This document shows, piece by piece, positions 1 to 9,614 of a stretch of 64,000 nucleotides of DNA; positions within the stretch are counted from its first letter, which is position 1, and every line of letters begins with the position of its first letter. The notes below the pieces were generated by a model. It was not told the DNA's origin, did not search any database, and saw only the letters and a list, made by a program, of their open reading frames with translations. The stretch spans positions 800,001 through 864,000 of the forward strand of contig OZ219747.1 in the NCBI GenBank assembly GCA_964291265.2, written 5' to 3'. Source of the stretch: Alphaproteobacteria bacterium. Lineage in GTDB: Bacteria > Pseudomonadota > Alphaproteobacteria > SP197. A program made the position numbers and the translations under genes.

Positions 1-1269
1 CCTATCAGATCCTACGCCGACCGCTTGATACTGGAAGCTGCACGACACCATCAAGCCCAATCGGGACCGGCGCATGCGGTTCACCTGCTGACTGGCGATC
101 AAGGGCTGGCGCGCATGGCGTTGACCGAGGGCATTCGCCCGCTGTACTTCACTGCGACGAGTGCACGCGACGTGTTCGACCAGCGGCTGACCGGCAGGAT
201 GTTCCATCCTTTCTCGGGAACAATCCGGCATGTGCCGTTGAACGCGCTGCTTTGGGAACTGGCCACCGCCTTCGGTTCGGCGCGCCTCACAGGGAACAGT
301 GGGGAGTTCTTTGAGGTTTGCGCATTGGGTGAGCACTTGTCATGGGCTCCCTACCATGCCGAGCAGGATCTTCTCTGGTGCATCCGGGGGCCTCGGGCAT
401 CTGGACGTCCGAACAACAGCAATGCCTCTGAAGCGACATCCGGGCGAATGTCTTCTCGAAGCCGGATGCAAGATTCGTCTTCCCCCTCTCCTGCCCGGCA
501 AAATGCGGGTTTCCTCACATTCAACGTTGAGCGCATGTTCCAACTGATTTGCGCATTGGACGACCGTCAGGAGATGCACCATGATCAAGTGGAAGAAATT
601 CTGCGATCCAAAGGCAAGGAGTACCGCCGATTTCTGAGTTCGGGTGGGCTGATCGACATCACCGACGGTGCCTGGAAGGCGAGCGAGCGTTTGTGCCGCC
701 TTTCCTCCGCCCTGAGGAACGAACGCATCGAGGATGTGTGTGAGCTTCTTCTTGCCGTTCCGTCATTCGCTGCCTTTGCGAAAATCCTGGAGAGTCTGAG
801 CACGGGAACGGCCATGGATACGGCTAGCCTGGGACGTAGGTTGAGAACCTACCGCAGCCTGGGTGAAATCACCTTGCTGTGTGCAGCGGTGGCCGGCGAG
901 ATCTATGCCACACCGAATGTTCCAGACGCCGTGGCTTTCTCGAAGATTGCTTTGCGTTGTTTTTCCTCGCTTGATCGGGAAGGTCAGGGCCTGGTGGCCA
1001 CTGGCGAGTGGCTGGAATCGCTGATCCGCGACGAAGGAATCCATCCCGAAGTTGCGAGGCGGCTGCTTGAGGAGGCCAGCGAAACAGGCCTGCTCGGACG
1101 TTCAACCGAGGGGTCGACGACGCAGCTTCGTTTTGAGAAGCGTACAGTCGATGTGCTGCGGACCGAGTCCGGGCGGCCGGTCGTCAAGCGTGTCTACTTG
1201 TATCGGGGAGACTACCTGATTCCTGGAAAGGCAAGCGTGAGCTTGCGCATCAAGGGTCAACGGACATGA
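1..1269 (+). CDS. PIN-domain protein with C-terminal winged-helix-like regions (5' partial)
   Basis: Frame is open from base 1 (PIRSYADRLILEAA). The DxxIL and LLTGDQGLARMA motifs resemble the PIN acidic core. Later segments (EYRRFLSSGGLI, ARRLLEEASETGLL) look wHTH-like. Confidence 0.6.
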   Translation, partial: PIRSYADRLILEAARHHQAQSGPAHAVHLLTGDQGLARMALTEGIRPLYFTATSARDVFDQRLTGRMFHPFSGTIRHVPLNALLWELATAFGSARLTGNSGEFFEVCALGEHLSWAPYHAEQDLLWCIRGPRASGRPNNSNASEATSGRMSSRSRMQDSSSPSPARQNAGFLTFNVERMFQLICALDDRQEMHHDQVEEILRSKGKEYRRFLSSGGLIDITDGAWKASERLCRLSSALRNERIEDVCELLLAVPSFAAFAKILESLSTGTAMDTASLGRRLRTYRSLGEITLLCAAVAGEIYATPNVPDAVAFSKIALRCFSSLDREGQGLVATGEWLESLIRDEGIHPEVARRLLEEASETGLLGRSTEGSTTQLRFEKRTVDVLRTESGRPVVKRVYLYRGDYLIPGKASVSLRIKGQRT

Positions 1270-2399
1270 CTTTGCGCGAACGCATTAGGCAGCATGCATC
1301 CGGAGAAGGCGCTGCGGACTTCCTGTACGGCAATTTCGGTATCCTCGCCAATCCCTTTCCCGCCTCTAACCAGACGTCCGCCAATCCACACTATCCCATT
1401 GATGCCGATGCCGAAGTGGAAGCCAGAATCATCACGTTTCTGCGTGACTGCAGATCGCAGGTTGTGGTCGTCGAAGGCACCCAAGGAGTCGGAAAGACGA
1501 ACTTTCTGAACCATATTGAGAGCGAAGTCCGTGGCGCCTTGAAGGACCTCGAAGGCCATTACATGATCCGTTACCTGGCGGACCCGGAGCCGGCGTTCGA
1601 CGGTACGACCCGTCGTCTGTTCGAAGAGCTGGGAACAGAGCATCTTGATCGATTGAGAGAGAGACTCAGGGCTGATGGCCAGCCTATCGGCCAGGCGCGC
1701 GGTCACGACATGCAAAGGGCTCTGCGTCGGCTTGTCAGGTCCGACAACAGGCAGGATCAACTTGACTTGATGATGGAGTGGCTGCTGGGTCTGCGGTTGC
1801 TCAAGGTGCATCGACAATGCCTCGGAGTACAATTCCGCCTCGACACCGTCGAGTCCAAGACCGCTGCCCTGAGGGATATGGTTCAGGTGAGTGCCGCCGC
1901 AGGGGTGTTGAACGGCGTGTTTCTGTTGCTGGATGAGCTGGAGAAACAAGAGGGAGTTCTCGGGCCGACCGCAGTCGTGCGTTACCTTTCGGCATTGCGG
2001 TCTGTTGTCGACGCATTGCCTGATCGCCTGTTCTTGATGATCGGTATCACCCCTGATGCACTGCTGCGTTACTCGGCCGCCTTGCCAGCGCTTCGCGGTC
2101 GCCTTCAGAACCAGATCAAACTGGATCCCCTCACTGACGTGGTCCATGCATTGAACCTCGCTCGCTTCTACCTCCATGCCGCTCGTCGCGTTGCACGGAG
2201 TCAACGTGACGATGATGGGGGTGATGAAGATGTCCTGGAGGAGACAAAGGTAAGGTGTTGTTTCGAGAAACTCCTGAAGCATGCTCAACGCGCCGGTCAT
2301 CGTGGAGTCACGCAACGTGTCTTTCTTCACGAACTTCATGACCAAGCGGAGAGGAGAATTCAGTCGATCAGGTTTGATCGATCCATGCGTCTCGATTGA
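1266..2399 (+). CDS. AAA+/P-loop ATPase, uncharacterised
   Basis: Walker A EGTQGVGKT, Walker B VFLLLDELE, putative Arg finger ALRGRL. ATGA overlap with the upstream gene. Confidence 0.8.
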   Translation: MTLRERIRQHASGEGAADFLYGNFGILANPFPASNQTSANPHYPIDADAEVEARIITFLRDCRSQVVVVEGTQGVGKTNFLNHIESEVRGALKDLEGHYMIRYLADPEPAFDGTTRRLFEELGTEHLDRLRERLRADGQPIGQARGHDMQRALRRLVRSDNRQDQLDLMMEWLLGLRLLKVHRQCLGVQFRLDTVESKTAALRDMVQVSAAAGVLNGVFLLLDELEKQEGVLGPTAVVRYLSALRSVVDALPDRLFLMIGITPDALLRYSAALPALRGRLQNQIKLDPLTDVVHALNLARFYLHAARRVARSQRDDDGGDEDVLEETKVRCCFEKLLKHAQRAGHRGVTQRVFLHELHDQAERRIQSIRFDRSMRLD

Positions 2400-2549
2400 A
2401 ATGACTGGCAATCAGGAACATTTCTTGTCAGGTCTGTGGATTGCCGATGTGACAGGGACCGGGCATGCTTGAGGCGCACCGGGCTCACGAGGTGCCGGTT
2501 TCAGTGGCCACTGCTGATGCATCAGAGCTCGCGATACACGCTTTGGACG

Positions 2550-2570
2550 ATGGGCCGCTTCGCGGCCCAT
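2550..2570. terminator. Perfect 9-bp hairpin downstream of the ATPase, possible terminator
   Basis: ATGGGCCGC-TTC-GCGGCCCAT; no U-tract. Confidence 0.3.
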
Positions 2571-3025
2571 GGGCGTCTGTGGTCGGTCTCTGTGCTGAGA
2601 GATCAGCGTCCCTGATGATTCGATGATCTGAGCGAAGCTTCACACTTCATGGTTTCCCGACGGTTCGGCAGGACAATCAACCAGGGAGTGAGAGATGAAG
2701 ACAAGGGACGTTTCCCTCTGCGCCAGACCGCGTGAGAGACGGAGTGCCTCGCCGGAACCCGGTGCCGGTTGCAAACGGTGAACCGCGAGACCATCGACGC
2801 CCTGACCGGTCCTGAGACGCCACGAGCGTTTGGGACTTGCCGGAACGTTGCCAGGAATCGAGAACGAAGCCTCCGGGCCGGAAACGGTGCGGTGTCGGCT
2901 CGCGAACGGCCCCGAAGCCAGGGGAAGCCGGTCAGGATATACCGATTCAACCTTCAGCCTTGTCGAAGGATCAGACGCAGAATGGGAAAGTCCTGCGGCA
3001 AGGTGGCTGCCGGTTGACGAACGAT

Positions 3026-3646
3026 TCACGCGAGACCGGGCACCAGATTCATGTAGACGACGCGCCACGTGGCCTCGTGGTCGGGTGTCGGCGTGTAGTG
3101 ATCGATGCGGGTGACGGAGAGGTTCTCGGAGGCGAACCTCAGCGATCCCTCGGGATCGAGTCCGAGAGCCAGGCCCAGGGCTGCGCGAATGGTGCCGCCG
3201 TGGGCGACTGCAATGATGTCCCTGCCGGCCCATTCCACGGTCAGCCGGTGGATCACCGGGGTCACGCGATCACAGAGGTCGGCGAAGCTCTCGCCATTGG
3301 GCGGCGTCGTGGTGGCCGGAGCAAGCCAGAAGCGATGGGCCGGCGCCGAGGCGCCGAGTTCGTCGTACCTCTTGCCGTGCCAGTCGCCGAAGTCCTGTTC
3401 ACCAAGATCGGTTTCAACCTCGGGGCTGATCGTCCTCCTGCCGGCCGCGGCGATGCTCCGGGCCGTCTGTCGGGTGCGCCGGAGATGGCTCGTCACCCAG
3501 CGCGCCTCCTGCGGCAGCAGGGCCGCGAGAGCAAGGAAGCTCTCGAGGTCGCCGGTATCCGCGTTGGGATCGGTGGCGCCGTAGATTCGCCCGTCCGTTT
3601 CGGTGACCGGCGCATGGCGCACCCACCACCAGCGTGTCGGGGTCAT
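3026..3646 (-). CDS. cobC: Histidine phosphatase family protein (alpha-ribazole phosphatase-like)
   Basis: WVRHA motif, EQDFGDWHG, PPNGES, VAHGGTIR. Start overlaps the cobS stop. Confidence 0.75.
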   Translation of the reverse strand: MTPTRWWWVRHAPVTETDGRIYGATDPNADTGDLESFLALAALLPQEARWVTSHLRRTRQTARSIAAAGRRTISPEVETDLGEQDFGDWHGKRYDELGASAPAHRFWLAPATTTPPNGESFADLCDRVTPVIHRLTVEWAGRDIIAVAHGGTIRAALGLALGLDPEGSLRFASENLSVTRIDHYTPTPDHEATWRVVYMNLVPGLA

Positions 3647-4404
3647 GTCATGGCCACGGCGCCGGCCAGGACGCCGATTTCCGAGGCCTGCTGGATGGCG
3701 CCCAGAACGTCGCCGGTCTTGCCCCCCAGGACCGTCATGGCCAGCCAGCCCACCACGCATGCAGCGATGCCGCCGCCGGCCAGGGCCGCGATCCACGCCC
3801 AGGGAAAGGGGAGCACGAGGGCAAGGGCGGCGCCGACGAGGAGAGCGATGAGGACCTGGTCGAACTCCGGCTGGCCCGCCCCGGCCGCCATTCCCTCCTT
3901 CCTGGCATCCGGCATCATGCGCATCGCCACCACCATGGAGACCCGCGAGAGGGCGGCGGCGGCGATCAGCGCCGCCAGGACGTCCATGGTGTTCTCGATG
4001 TCCGCCACGGCGGCGATGCGGGCGCCGATGGCGATGATGAGGGCCATGGCGCCGAAAGCGCCGATACGGCTGTCGCGCATGACGGCAAGCCGCCCCTCCC
4101 GGTCCCTGTGCGCGCCGAGGCCGTCCGCCAGGTCCGCCAGGCCGTCTTCGTGGAGACCCCGGGTGAGAACCAGCATGGCGAGGACGCAGACGATCGCCGC
4201 CAGGACCGGTCCAAGGCCAAGCCAGATGGCGACGATGTAGAAGAGTGCCCCGACAAGGCCGATGGCCGCACCGACCACTGGAAACATCGCCACGCACCGG
4301 GCAAGCGATCGATCATCTCCGTTGCCTGCCGGAATCAGGGTCAGGAACTGCGTGGCAACGGCCAGGCTGGCGGCAAGCCCGGGTCTTTCCTGATGGTCCG
4401 GCAT
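3643..4404 (-). CDS. cobS: Adenosylcobinamide-GDP ribazoletransferase (cobalamin synthase)
   Basis: TRGLHEDGLADLADG, MRDSRIGAFG and GGKTGDVLGA motifs; multiple TM segments. Confidence 0.93.
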   Translation of the reverse strand: MPDHQERPGLAASLAVATQFLTLIPAGNGDDRSLARCVAMFPVVGAAIGLVGALFYIVAIWLGLGPVLAAIVCVLAMLVLTRGLHEDGLADLADGLGAHRDREGRLAVMRDSRIGAFGAMALIIAIGARIAAVADIENTMDVLAALIAAAALSRVSMVVAMRMMPDARKEGMAAGAGQPEFDQVLIALLVGAALALVLPFPWAWIAALAGGGIAACVVGWLAMTVLGGKTGDVLGAIQQASEIGVLAGAVAMT

Positions 4405-4464
4405 GGCGCTGCTTATCCGATTGTTGGCCGACAAGGTCAAGGGTAAGTAGGATGCGAGCAGCCG

Positions 4465-5499
4465 ATGGCCTCCGGATCCACCATGATCTCCGCCCTTGCC
4501 GACATCCGGAACCTGTTGCAGGACCTCCCGCCCCCCGACGCAGGCGCCGCCGCCGGAGCAGCCGCGCGCAATGACAGGCTGACAAAGCCACCCGGATCAC
4601 TCGGCAGACTGGAGGAACTGGTCGTGTGGATGGCGTCCTGGCAGGGGCGTCATACGCCTCGGGCCAGCGATGTCGCCTGCATGGTGTTTGCCGGCAACCA
4701 TGGCGTGGCCGGAGAAGGCGTGTCCGCCTTTCCCGCCGCTGTCACGGAACAGATGGTCGCCAACTTCGCCGCCGGGGGGGCAGGCATCAACCAGCTGGCC
4801 CGACTGCTCGACGCCCGTCTCGAGGTGGTGTCGTTGTCGCTCGAGCGGCCCACCGGAGACATCTCGCGGGAACCGGCGATGACCGAGACCGAGACCTGCG
4901 ATGCCTTCAGGACGGGCTTCGAAACCGTGCAAGGGGCGGATATCGCGGTGATCGGCGACATGGGGATCGGCAACACGACCGTGGCGGCGGCTCTCGGCGC
5001 CGCCCTCTTCGGCGGCGGAGGCGCCGAATGGGCGGGTCCTGGAACCGGTCTCGACCAGGAGGGCGTCCACCACAAGGCCGCCGTGATCGACCGGGCGCTG
5101 GAACGTCATCGCCGGCACGCGGCAGACCCCCTCGAGACACTTGCGTCACTGGGCGGACGGGAGATTGCCGCCATGGCGGGCGCCGTCCTTGCCTGCCGGC
5201 TGAAGAGGACGCCGGTGATTCTCGACGGGTTCGTCAACTGTGCGGCGGCCAGCGTACTCCATTGCCTCGAGGCCCGGGCCCTCGATCACTGCATGGCCGG
5301 GCATGTCAGCGCCGAACCCGCGGCCAGGCGCCTTCTCGATCACCTCGAGAAGAGACCGCTGCTCGATCTCGGCATGCGTCTCGGCGAGGGATCCGGTGCT
5401 GCCTGCGCGGCTCTCGTGGTCAGGGCGGCCGTCACGCTCCACGGCGGCATGGCCACCTTCGACGAGGCCGGTGTCAGCGGCAGACGGGATCCTCCGTGA
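4465..5499 (+). CDS. cobT: Nicotinate-nucleotide:dimethylbenzimidazole phosphoribosyltransferase
   Basis: LTKPPGSLGRLEE, FAGNHGV, GDMGIGNTT, LDLGMRLGEGSGA. Start may be 4483. Confidence 0.95.
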   Translation: MASGSTMISALADIRNLLQDLPPPDAGAAAGAAARNDRLTKPPGSLGRLEELVVWMASWQGRHTPRASDVACMVFAGNHGVAGEGVSAFPAAVTEQMVANFAAGGAGINQLARLLDARLEVVSLSLERPTGDISREPAMTETETCDAFRTGFETVQGADIAVIGDMGIGNTTVAAALGAALFGGGGAEWAGPGTGLDQEGVHHKAAVIDRALERHRRHAADPLETLASLGGREIAAMAGAVLACRLKRTPVILDGFVNCAAASVLHCLEARALDHCMAGHVSAEPAARRLLDHLEKRPLLDLGMRLGEGSGAACAALVVRAAVTLHGGMATFDEAGVSGRRDPP

Positions 5500-5927
5500 C
5501 CGGCAACCGGCAGCCCGCCCTGGATCTGGCCCGCGGCATAGGCCGCATGTTCGCCGCCATGAACCAGGCGAGCGTGACGGAGTTCACGGTCAGGAACGGC
5601 AGGAGAGCCGATGTCCTGGCGCTTGACGGCAAGGGGCGCTTCACCGTCGTCGAGATCAAGACCTCCGTCGCGGACTTCCAGTCCGACGCCAAGTGGCCCG
5701 ACTACCTCGATTACTGCGACTTCTACTACTTCGGCGTGCCGGAGGATTTCCCGGCCCATGTCCTGCCGGAAGAGCACGGCCTCATCGTTGCCGACCGCTA
5801 CGGCGCCGCGATCCTGCGTCAGGCATCCGAATCGCCGCTCAACGCGGCGCGCCGCAAGGCCCAGACCCTGGCCTTCGCCATCCAGGCGGGACGACGGCTG
5901 CGCCAGCTGACCGATCCCGGGGTATAG
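5496..5927 (+). CDS. mmcB: MmcB family DNA repair protein (PD-(D/E)XK-like)
   Basis: NGRRADV, VEIKTSVADFQSDAKWPDYLDYCD. GTG start overlaps the cobT stop. Confidence 0.85.
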   Translation: MTGNRQPALDLARGIGRMFAAMNQASVTEFTVRNGRRADVLALDGKGRFTVVEIKTSVADFQSDAKWPDYLDYCDFYYFGVPEDFPAHVLPEEHGLIVADRYGAAILRQASESPLNAARRKAQTLAFAIQAGRRLRQLTDPGV

Positions 5928-6075
5928 ATCCCGCCAGGGATGCCTGACCCGGAACTCACCGGGTCGCCCGCCCGAAACGACCCTTGCAGACGGCTCGTTG
6001 GCAGCTACTCGACTCCATGCAACGGGGTGCCGATGCCGGCATGGGGCGTGGACGTGATCGATGCAGCCGCGCGAA

Positions 6076-6290
6076 TCATGCGACTCCATCGACCCAGCTC
6101 CCCCATGGCCGAAACATCGCGCGGTCCGCGAGGTCCTTCGCATACTCGGTCAGTGCATCGCACCGCTCATCAGCGTCAAGCCCTACCGGCATCATGATAT
6201 CCGCATGACAGGGATGATCGCGGGTCGGTGACGGCTCGACAGAACAGCCCACAGCCCTGATGTCGTCAGCGGACAGGCCACACAGGGGCC
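6076..6290 (-). pseudogene. 3' fragment of a small hypothetical protein, truncated by an IS remnant
   Basis: Protein-like C-terminus ADDIRAVGCSVEPSPTRDHPCHADI; the upstream part is replaced by DUF4338/IS66 sequence. Confidence 0.3.
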
Positions 6291-6303
6291 GTCCACAAGG
6301 GAA

Positions 6304-6445
6304 GGACGAGGCCGCTACGATACGCACAAAAAACACGAACAGCCGAAAAGGGACATCTGGCTCAAAGCCTCTGCGCAAGCATCCCTGGAAACGCATCTTC
6401 AACCGGTGACAGTCGCCAACGATCACCTCGTGACCGAACGCTTGC
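6304..6445 (+). mobile_element. Right-end remnant of IS66-DUF4338 element
   Basis: Frameshifted GRGRYDTHKKHEQPKRDIWL..PLRK..WKRIFNR* followed by TGACCGAACGCTTGC; homologous to 60069-60125. Confidence 0.75.
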
Positions 6446-6491
6446 ATGCATCCCCTGTGGCATTATCGAAAGACACGATGCGGCATCGTCG

Positions 6492-6920
6492 TCATCGTGT
6501 TGTGGCATAGTCGGTCAGCGTCATCACGGACTCGCCATGCTCGGTCGGGGCCAGGGTGTTCGCGAATCGAAGGTCCGCCGTCAGCATGACCGCGCCGATG
6601 CGATGCGCGAGCGCGAGATAGACACAGTCGTAGATCGGACGGTCGAGCGCCAGCGCCAGACGCAGCGCATCGGCGGAGACGGTCTCGTCGGCGCCCCAGT
6701 GCACGGGCATGTCCGGCACGTTGGCCAGCAGGACGCCCGCGGCGCGGCGTTCTATCTCGCCCGCCCGCGCCTTGCGCCACAGCGCACATGCGACTTCGGA
6801 GACCATCAGGCGCGGCGCGTGCAGCTCCTCGCCGCTCGTCGCCAGCTCCTGCGCAAGGTCAGCATCCTCTTCGACGACCAGCCACTTCATCGCCACGCTC
6901 GCATCGACGACGAAGCGCAT
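6492..6920 (-). CDS. vapC: VapC/FitB-family PIN toxin
   Basis: VVDASVAMKW, IYDCVYLALA, LTAD. Confidence 0.9.
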   Translation of the reverse strand: MRFVVDASVAMKWLVVEEDADLAQELATSGEELHAPRLMVSEVACALWRKARAGEIERRAAGVLLANVPDMPVHWGADETVSADALRLALALDRPIYDCVYLALAHRIGAVMLTADLRFANTLAPTEHGESVMTLTDYATTR

Positions 6921-7180
6921 CAGCAGTCATCGCGGTGACCGTGGTTGCGGTCCTCGCGGATCAGCACTTCTGCCGGCGTGTGCTTGCGCCCTTCGGTCAG
7001 GGGACGCAGCCGTTTCATGGCCTCCCCGAACGCGGCGCGCTTCGCCGCCATGTCGTCGTCGGCGGCGCACTCCAGTACATGGCGCACCTCGCCCTCCAGG
7101 GAGCGGTTGTTCAGGGCGGCGCGCTGCTTGAGGCGATCCACCACATCGTCGTCGAGTTGTCTCACGTTGATCGTCGCCAT
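6920..7180 (-). CDS. FitA-like ribbon-helix-helix antitoxin
   Basis: MATINVRQLDDDV..LKQRAALNNRSLEGEVRHVL, ending LIREDR; coupled to the PIN gene. Confidence 0.88.
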   Translation of the reverse strand: MATINVRQLDDDVVDRLKQRAALNNRSLEGEVRHVLECAADDDMAAKRAAFGEAMKRLRPLTEGRKHTPAEVLIREDRNHGHRDDC

Positions 7181-7197
7181 CGGTTTGTCTCCGAGCA

Positions 7198-7216
7198 TGC
7201 TATCATATTGATATCA
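7198..7216. promoter_or_regulatory. Putative FitA-type autoregulatory operator
   Basis: TGCTATCA-TAT-TGATATCA inverted repeat just upstream of the antitoxin. TGCTATCA is the known FitAB half-site. Confidence 0.65.
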
Positions 7217-7404
7217 CTTCGTCACGGCATGTGCAAGCCCCCTGGACGACCATCGGGGGACACTCGCGGCCACGCGGTGACAGGGCTAGGAGACCGTCCT
7301 GTTCTTCGTGTTGCGAGCGCATATCTGGCCGGTATGGACCACCCTGAATCCGCCCGTACCGTCGCCGCCCTGCCCCGGTCCCCGAGCCGGGGAGGATGCC
7401 CGCG

Positions 7405-7596
7405 ATGGTCGTGGCATCAATCGGCAGGGTCGCCTCGTCGGCGCAGGGCGTGGGGTACTTCGAGCGCGATGACGACTACGCCAGGGATGACAGGACCCAC
7501 AAGGACGCGAGCGCCTGAACGGGCATGGGCGCTGAGTCGCTGGGGTCGTCGGGGCCGGTCGAACCCGCTGCGTTCCGCCGTGGCCTCGAAGGCGAG
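7405..7596 (+). pseudogene. MobF/TrwC-type relaxase N-terminal fragment
   Basis: MVVASIGRVASSAQGVGYFERDDDYARDDRTHKDASA*TGMGAESLG..GPVEPAAFRRGLEGE, with an in-frame stop at the usual Trp. Confidence 0.75.
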
Positions 7597-7619
7597 GACC
7601 TCGGCGGGCGCAAGGAACT

Positions 7620-7819
7620 CGACCAGACCGGCGTTTCGAAAGTGGGTGAGTCTCCAACTTGGTCCTGCTGTCGCCCCGTGTCCTTTCCGACAGGTCATCG
7701 GGCGTCAGCCCCTCGGCGGCGGCGACGCGTGTGCAGACTTCCGCGACCTGAAATTCGTTCCCGTCCGACAATGCCTTGAGGACGGAGAGCATCAGCGACT
7801 GGAAATCAGGGACGGGCAT
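7620..7819 (-). pseudogene. mrr: Mrr restriction endonuclease N-terminal fragment
   Basis: MPVPDFQSLMLSVLKALSDG...LTPDDLSE, then a frameshift to SWRLTHFRNAGLVE; no nuclease domain. Confidence 0.75.
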
Positions 7820-8138
7820 CGGCCGCCGCACCTGTTGTCGCCACCTGCCGCGGTGTCACGCACTTCGCGATCTCGCGGCCGGCCGTGATCTCCGCTTGGC
7901 GAAGCTCCCAAGTCTTCTGCAAGTTCATCCAGAGTTGCGGCGTCGTCCCGAAATAGCGCGCGAGCCGCAGCGCCGTGTCTGCGCTCACGCCCCGCTGACC
8001 GTTCAGGATCATCGTGACTCGGTTCACCGGCACGCCCAGCGCCTTCGACAGCGCATTGGCCGACAGCCGGAGCTCGTCAAGCTCGCTGCGCAGGATTTCG
8101 CCCGGATGCACCGGCCTCATACCGTTCCTTGCGTTCAT
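7806..8138 (-). CDS. higA: HigA family antitoxin
   Basis: PVHPGEIL, ALRLARYFGTTPQLWMNLQ. Confidence 0.92.
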   Translation of the reverse strand: MNARNGMRPVHPGEILRSELDELRLSANALSKALGVPVNRVTMILNGQRGVSADTALRLARYFGTTPQLWMNLQKTWELRQAEITAGREIAKCVTPRQVATTGAAADARP

Positions 8139-8149
8139 GTCACATTCCT

Positions 8150-8428
8150 TCAGTGATAATCCACGATCTCCACATCTTCCGGCCCGTCGTCCGTCCAGCG
8201 AAAGCAGACGCGCCATTGCGCGTTGATCCGAATGCTGTACTGCCCGGCGCGGTCGCCCCGCAGCGTTTCCAGCCGGTTGCTCGGCAACGCGGCAAGGTCT
8301 CCGAGCGTATCCGCGCTGTCCAGCAGGATCAGTCGACGCACTGCCTGACTGGCGAAGCCTTGAAACACCGCGACGCGTCGCCCCTCGAAGAAGCGCCGCG
8401 TCTCCCGATCCTTGAAGCTCCATATCAT
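8150..8428 (-). CDS. higB: HigB (RelE/ParE-like) toxin
   Basis: SNRLETLRGDRAGQYSIRINAQWRVCFRW, VEIVDYH. Confidence 0.92.
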   Translation of the reverse strand: MIWSFKDRETRRFFEGRRVAVFQGFASQAVRRLILLDSADTLGDLAALPSNRLETLRGDRAGQYSIRINAQWRVCFRWTDDGPEDVEIVDYH

Positions 8429-8449
8429 GCGCGCCGATCTTAACTCATC

Positions 8450-8464
8450 TTACGCTTTCCGTAA
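8450..8464. promoter_or_regulatory. Putative HigA operator
   Basis: Palindrome TTACG-CTTTC-CGTAA, 22-36 nt upstream of the higB start. Confidence 0.55.
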
Positions 8465-8863
8465 ATAACGCTGCGGACCAACTCATGCTCGCGCTCTTGC
8501 CGGCGTGGCGTGGCGTCCGGCGTCTGTGCCCTCCGACGGCGCGGACCGAGCGAATGACGCTGCCGATGAACGGGACTTCGCGCATTGATTTCCTACCCCT
8601 TGCTTCACTATAGCGCGCCTCGGAAGCCGCGCGGCGGTTCGCAGGACTGTCTCCGCAAGTGCGCGGCAAGGCGCTGTCGCTCAAGCGCCGCTCGCCGCTC
8701 GGGCTGAATGCCGATGACGCAACGGCTTGCAGCGCCCCGACGGATTGAGCAGTCAGGAGGCGCAATTGGAACGCCTTTCGGCGCGGTGGTTCTCACATCC
8801 GTACCTTGATGCAAGCGTTGCCATGGCTGCCAATGCCGCGGGCGAGCGCAGGGCTGTCGGCTC

Positions 8864-9232
8864 TTGCCGCACCGGGAACCTGCCTGCCCGACTCTGGCGG
8901 AGGTGCTGGACGGGGCGTCCTTCACCCTGGTGGCGGACGCCGGGGAGGACGGGATGTTCGTGCCTCCGCTTGCGGTGTGGGGCCGGGGCGAGTGGTTGTC
9001 GCCGCCGGGCTCGGAGGACGGCGTCTCGTGGGACGGCGGTCTGTGGTCGGCGCCGCTGGGGGCGGATGTGCGCCTGCTGGCGGGTGCGGGACTCTCTCAT
9101 GTGCGGGGCAAGCTGAACACACGGACGACCGGCGCCGACGGTCAGGTGAAGGATGTCCACGAGACGACGCTCACCTCGCTCAATCCCTATGCGGCATGGC
9201 TGCTGCCGGATGTTGATGGCTCGACCCTGTGA
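8864..9232 (+). pseudogene. Autotransporter beta-domain-like fragment
   Basis: AVWGRGEW, SWDGGLWSAPLGAD, LLAGAGLSH, LTSLNPYAAW are alternating beta-strand patterns; lacks both ends. Confidence 0.5.
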
Positions 9233-9426
9233 ACGAGCGTCGGCCAAGGCTGGGGCGCGGTCCGGATCGCCGAGGAGGGTGCGCGCCGGTGCACAGCACG
9301 GACCTGACGCAGTTGAGCGCGTCTGCGGGCCGCTCGCAGCGTTGTCATCGAGGATGCGGACCTCATCGAGGGCTCGGCGGCGCGTCTGCGCACGGAGGCC
9401 GATGACGGCCTGATGGGACTGACGGT

Positions 9427-9522
9427 GCAAGCGTTCGCTCACGCGGTGATTGCTGGTGATGTTCACCGGTTGAGGATGCGTTTCCAGTCCTTGCGAAGAG
9501 GCCTCGCCCAGATGTCCGTTTT
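9427..9522 (-). mobile_element. Right-end remnant of IS66-DUF4338 element
   Basis: Minus strand KTDIWARPLRKDWKRILNR* followed by a TIR-like sequence (GCAAGCGTTCGCTCA on the + strand). Confidence 0.78.
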
Positions 9523-9614
9523 ACCGGGTCCCGAACTGATCCAGGGTGACCGGCGTCTCCCGTGGAAGTCGGGTTTGACAGGGTTCGGCAACATGCGGTA
9601 ACGCATCGAAGGGC

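Noticed and set aside
2600-3020. Possible cobalamin riboswitch near the cob genes
   Set aside because: Lies downstream of cobC and lacks the conserved GGGAA / GCCACTG / B12-box pattern.
7516-7518. TGA at Trp positions (also 59905-59907) suggesting recoding
   Set aside because: TGA is the normal stop for most genes here and both loci are otherwise degraded; simple TGG to TGA mutations.
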